Below, piece by piece: positions 41,050 through 43,064 of a stretch of DNA of 43,064 bases (its first letter is position 1; every line of letters starts with the position of its first letter). Source of the DNA: Campylobacterales bacterium (GTDB taxonomy: Bacteria > Campylobacterota > Campylobacteria > Campylobacterales > Sulfurimonadaceae); NCBI GenBank assembly GCA_038205935.1, contig JBBRBK010000011.1:1-43064 (forward strand), in the 5' to 3' direction. The position numbers and the translations under genes are program-made. The notes beneath the pieces are model-generated. The model did no database searches. It was given only the letters and a program-made list of their open reading frames with translations, and was not told the DNA's origin.

Positions 41050-42825
41050 TTACGATGCAAAACCACTCTTAAAACTATCTTTTGCTACAACTATCTGCTT
41101 TTGTTTCTCTTTCTTGATTGGATCTTTTTCAACAAAGATTTTTTTACGTGTTTTTGGATCCATCTCTGTGTAATACATCACCGCGCTATACGTGCCAGGT
41201 GTGGGTGTAAACACTTGCGCTTGTTCTGGATTCATCTTGAGTTCATCGGTCGTAAAACGCTTGAGTTCATGCATATCTTTATCTGTACATCCAGGATGTG
41301 CGGCGATAAGATAGTAGGTCAAAAACTGATTTTTACCCTCTTCTTTGTTGAGCTCATCGTAGAGTTTTTTAAACTCGACAAGTTCATCTTTTCCCGGTTT
41401 TCCCATGAGCTCTAAAACATTTTGCTGTGTATGTTCAGGTGCTACTTTCATCTGTCCTGAGATATGATGACGTACCATCTCTTTTAAGTAAGAATAGCCA
41501 TGTTTTTTATCTGCATTTATAAGGTCATAACGTACACCTGAAGCTACAAACGCTTTTCGTACACCTTCCACTTCTCGAACTTGTCTAAGAAGGTTTATAT
41601 TGCGGCTATGGTCAACTTTCATCGATTTACACAGATGATCGGCATCGACACATCTTTGATGATCACAAGTGCCGAGTTTAAGCTTTTTATTACACTCATA
41701 ACCATACATGTTGGCAGTTGGTCCTCCTACATCGCTGATGATCCCTTTATAATCTTTATATTCATTAAAATCTTTTGCCTCTTGCAAGATATTATCTTCA
41801 GAACGGGTGCGTATAGTTCGTCCTTGATGCACGCCGATGGCACAAAAATTACACTCACCCCAGCAGCCATGATGCGTCATAATGGAGAACTTGATAGTCT
41901 CAAGACACTTCACTTTGCCCTGCTTTGCGTAGTATGGATGTAACTCTCTTGTAAAAGGAAGATTGGAGTTGGCATCCATCTCATCTTCGTTTAGATAATC
42001 ACATGGAGGGTTTTGGATAAGATATCTTCCATCCACTTCTTCACATAAGCCACGTGCGGAGATTGGGTCATTATGATCATAAAAATCATCAAAAAGATCG
42101 ATGTAGCGCTCTTTGTTTTCCAGACACTCTTTGTGGCTTGGAAGTTGGATGTACTCCTCTTTTGCCTCTTTTGAGATATAACAAACACCGCGAATATCTT
42201 TAAAATCACGTCCATCTCTTATGGCATCTGTAAGTTCTTGAAGCGCGATTTCACCCATTCCATAGATAAGTGCGTCCGCTTTTGCATCAAAAAGAATCGG
42301 TTTTCTAAGCTTATTTGTCCAGTAGTCATAATGCGTCACACGTCTTAAACTCGCTTCTATCCCACCTAAAACGATGGGCGCTGTATCTTTATAAAAACGG
42401 CGTATTAGGTTACAGTAAACTAAAACAGCACGATCTGGACGTTTATTGTTCACGCCGCCGGGAGTGTAATCATCCGAGTTTCTAAACTTTTTTGTCGCTG
42501 TGTAGTTAGAGACCATACTATCCACACTTCCACCACTCACACCCCAGTAAAGCTTTGGCTCGCCGAGTCTTTTGATATCCACGTCGCTTTCAATGTCGGG
42601 CTGACCGATCATCCCTACTTTATAACCCATACGTTGGAGCATTCGCCCAACCATTGCCACACCGATAAAAGGCGAGTCGATGTAAGCATCTCCACTCACT
42701 AAGATAACATCACATTGATCCCATCCAAGAGCATCCATCTCCTCTTTTGTCGTAGGTAAAAAATCCTTACATGTAAAGCTATGATATGATTTTGAAATCT
42801 GCTTATTGTTGTGGTGTGTGTTCAA
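41050..42825 (-). CDS. ygiQ: YgiQ family radical SAM protein
   Basis: FLPTT, GDAYIDSP, GGIEASLRR..HYDYW, CWGECNFC (CxxxCxxC), DVGGPTANMYG, KVAPEH. TTG start; exact start uncertain. Confidence 0.92.
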   Translation of the reverse strand: MNTHHNNKQISKSYHSFTCKDFLPTTKEEMDALGWDQCDVILVSGDAYIDSPFIGVAMVGRMLQRMGYKVGMIGQPDIESDVDIKRLGEPKLYWGVSGGSVDSMVSNYTATKKFRNSDDYTPGGVNNKRPDRAVLVYCNLIRRFYKDTAPIVLGGIEASLRRVTHYDYWTNKLRKPILFDAKADALIYGMGEIALQELTDAIRDGRDFKDIRGVCYISKEAKEEYIQLPSHKECLENKERYIDLFDDFYDHNDPISARGLCEEVDGRYLIQNPPCDYLNEDEMDANSNLPFTRELHPYYAKQGKVKCLETIKFSIMTHHGCWGECNFCAIGVHQGRTIRTRSEDNILQEAKDFNEYKDYKGIISDVGGPTANMYGYECNKKLKLGTCDHQRCVDADHLCKSMKVDHSRNINLLRQVREVEGVRKAFVASGVRYDLINADKKHGYSYLKEMVRHHISGQMKVAPEHTQQNVLELMGKPGKDELVEFKKLYDELNKEEGKNQFLTYYLIAAHPGCTDKDMHELKRFTTDELKMNPEQAQVFTPTPGTYSAVMYYTEMDPKTRKKIFVEKDPIKKEKQKQIVVAKDSFKSGFAS

Positions 42826-42884
42826 AGTGTTGCCTTTTTTTTTGTAAAGTATAAAAAACTATTTTTATTTTGCAATAATACTCA

Positions 42885-43064
42885 TCAATCTTTTTTTTGA
42901 AAAAATTTATAACTTTTTTCTTTGCTAGTCAGGACATAATTTAGTTCATGAATATTATTGATGATATATTCAAAATCATCTCTGCTCTCATCATCACAGA
43001 CGATTAAGAGTTGGTCTCCAAGCTGAATTTCTGTGTGGGATTCAGGCATAAGGTAGATCTCGTC
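42885..43064 (-). CDS. C-terminal fragment of a protein, possibly TrkA/RCK-domain K+ channel type (5' end outside window)
   Basis: Open frame DEIYLMPESHTEIQLGDQLLIVCDDESRDDFEYIINNIHELNYVLTSKEKSYKFFQKKD*; P...I..GD.L resembles TrkA_C. Confidence 0.5.
   Translation of the reverse strand, partial: DEIYLMPESHTEIQLGDQLLIVCDDESRDDFEYIINNIHELNYVLTSKEKSYKFFQKKD

Noticed and set aside
41014..41415. 133-aa plus-strand ORF opposite the ygiQ 3' end, and the other 60-120 aa overlapping ORFs in the track
   Set aside because: They overlap well-supported genes and have shadow-like composition with no family motifs.

Overview
AT-rich chromosomal segment of a Campylobacterota bacterium, most likely Sulfurimonas-like (inferred from gene content, gene order and sigma54 promoter style; not confirmed by search). 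It is mostly housekeeping: tex, a molybdate uptake operon (OprD-like porin-modA-TOBE-modD-modB-modC), aspS-adk, a second E. coli-type adk, dapD, trmL-purU-leuBD, flgFG, rpoD, hemL, tonB-like, nhaA, folD-lepB-S2P-rpiB-apt-trpB-pepA-ychF, a GAF-PAS-GGDEF-EAL protein and ygiQ. I found no rRNA, tRNA, CRISPR array, integrase or transposase. The main unexplained signal is a highly iterated palindrome, core TACATGTA, consensus about (C/T)TTACATGTAAG. I counted at least 19 core copies by eye, inside genes (read as LHV or TCK-type peptides) and between genes, including tandem pairs; this resembles a DNA-uptake sequence or HIP-type element. Also notable: an orphan CI/LexA-like S24 repressor facing an unannotated 27-aa ORF across twin operator-like repeats, a sigma54 promoter plus ModE-like boxes on the porin-mod operon, and several small ORFs missing from the ORF track.
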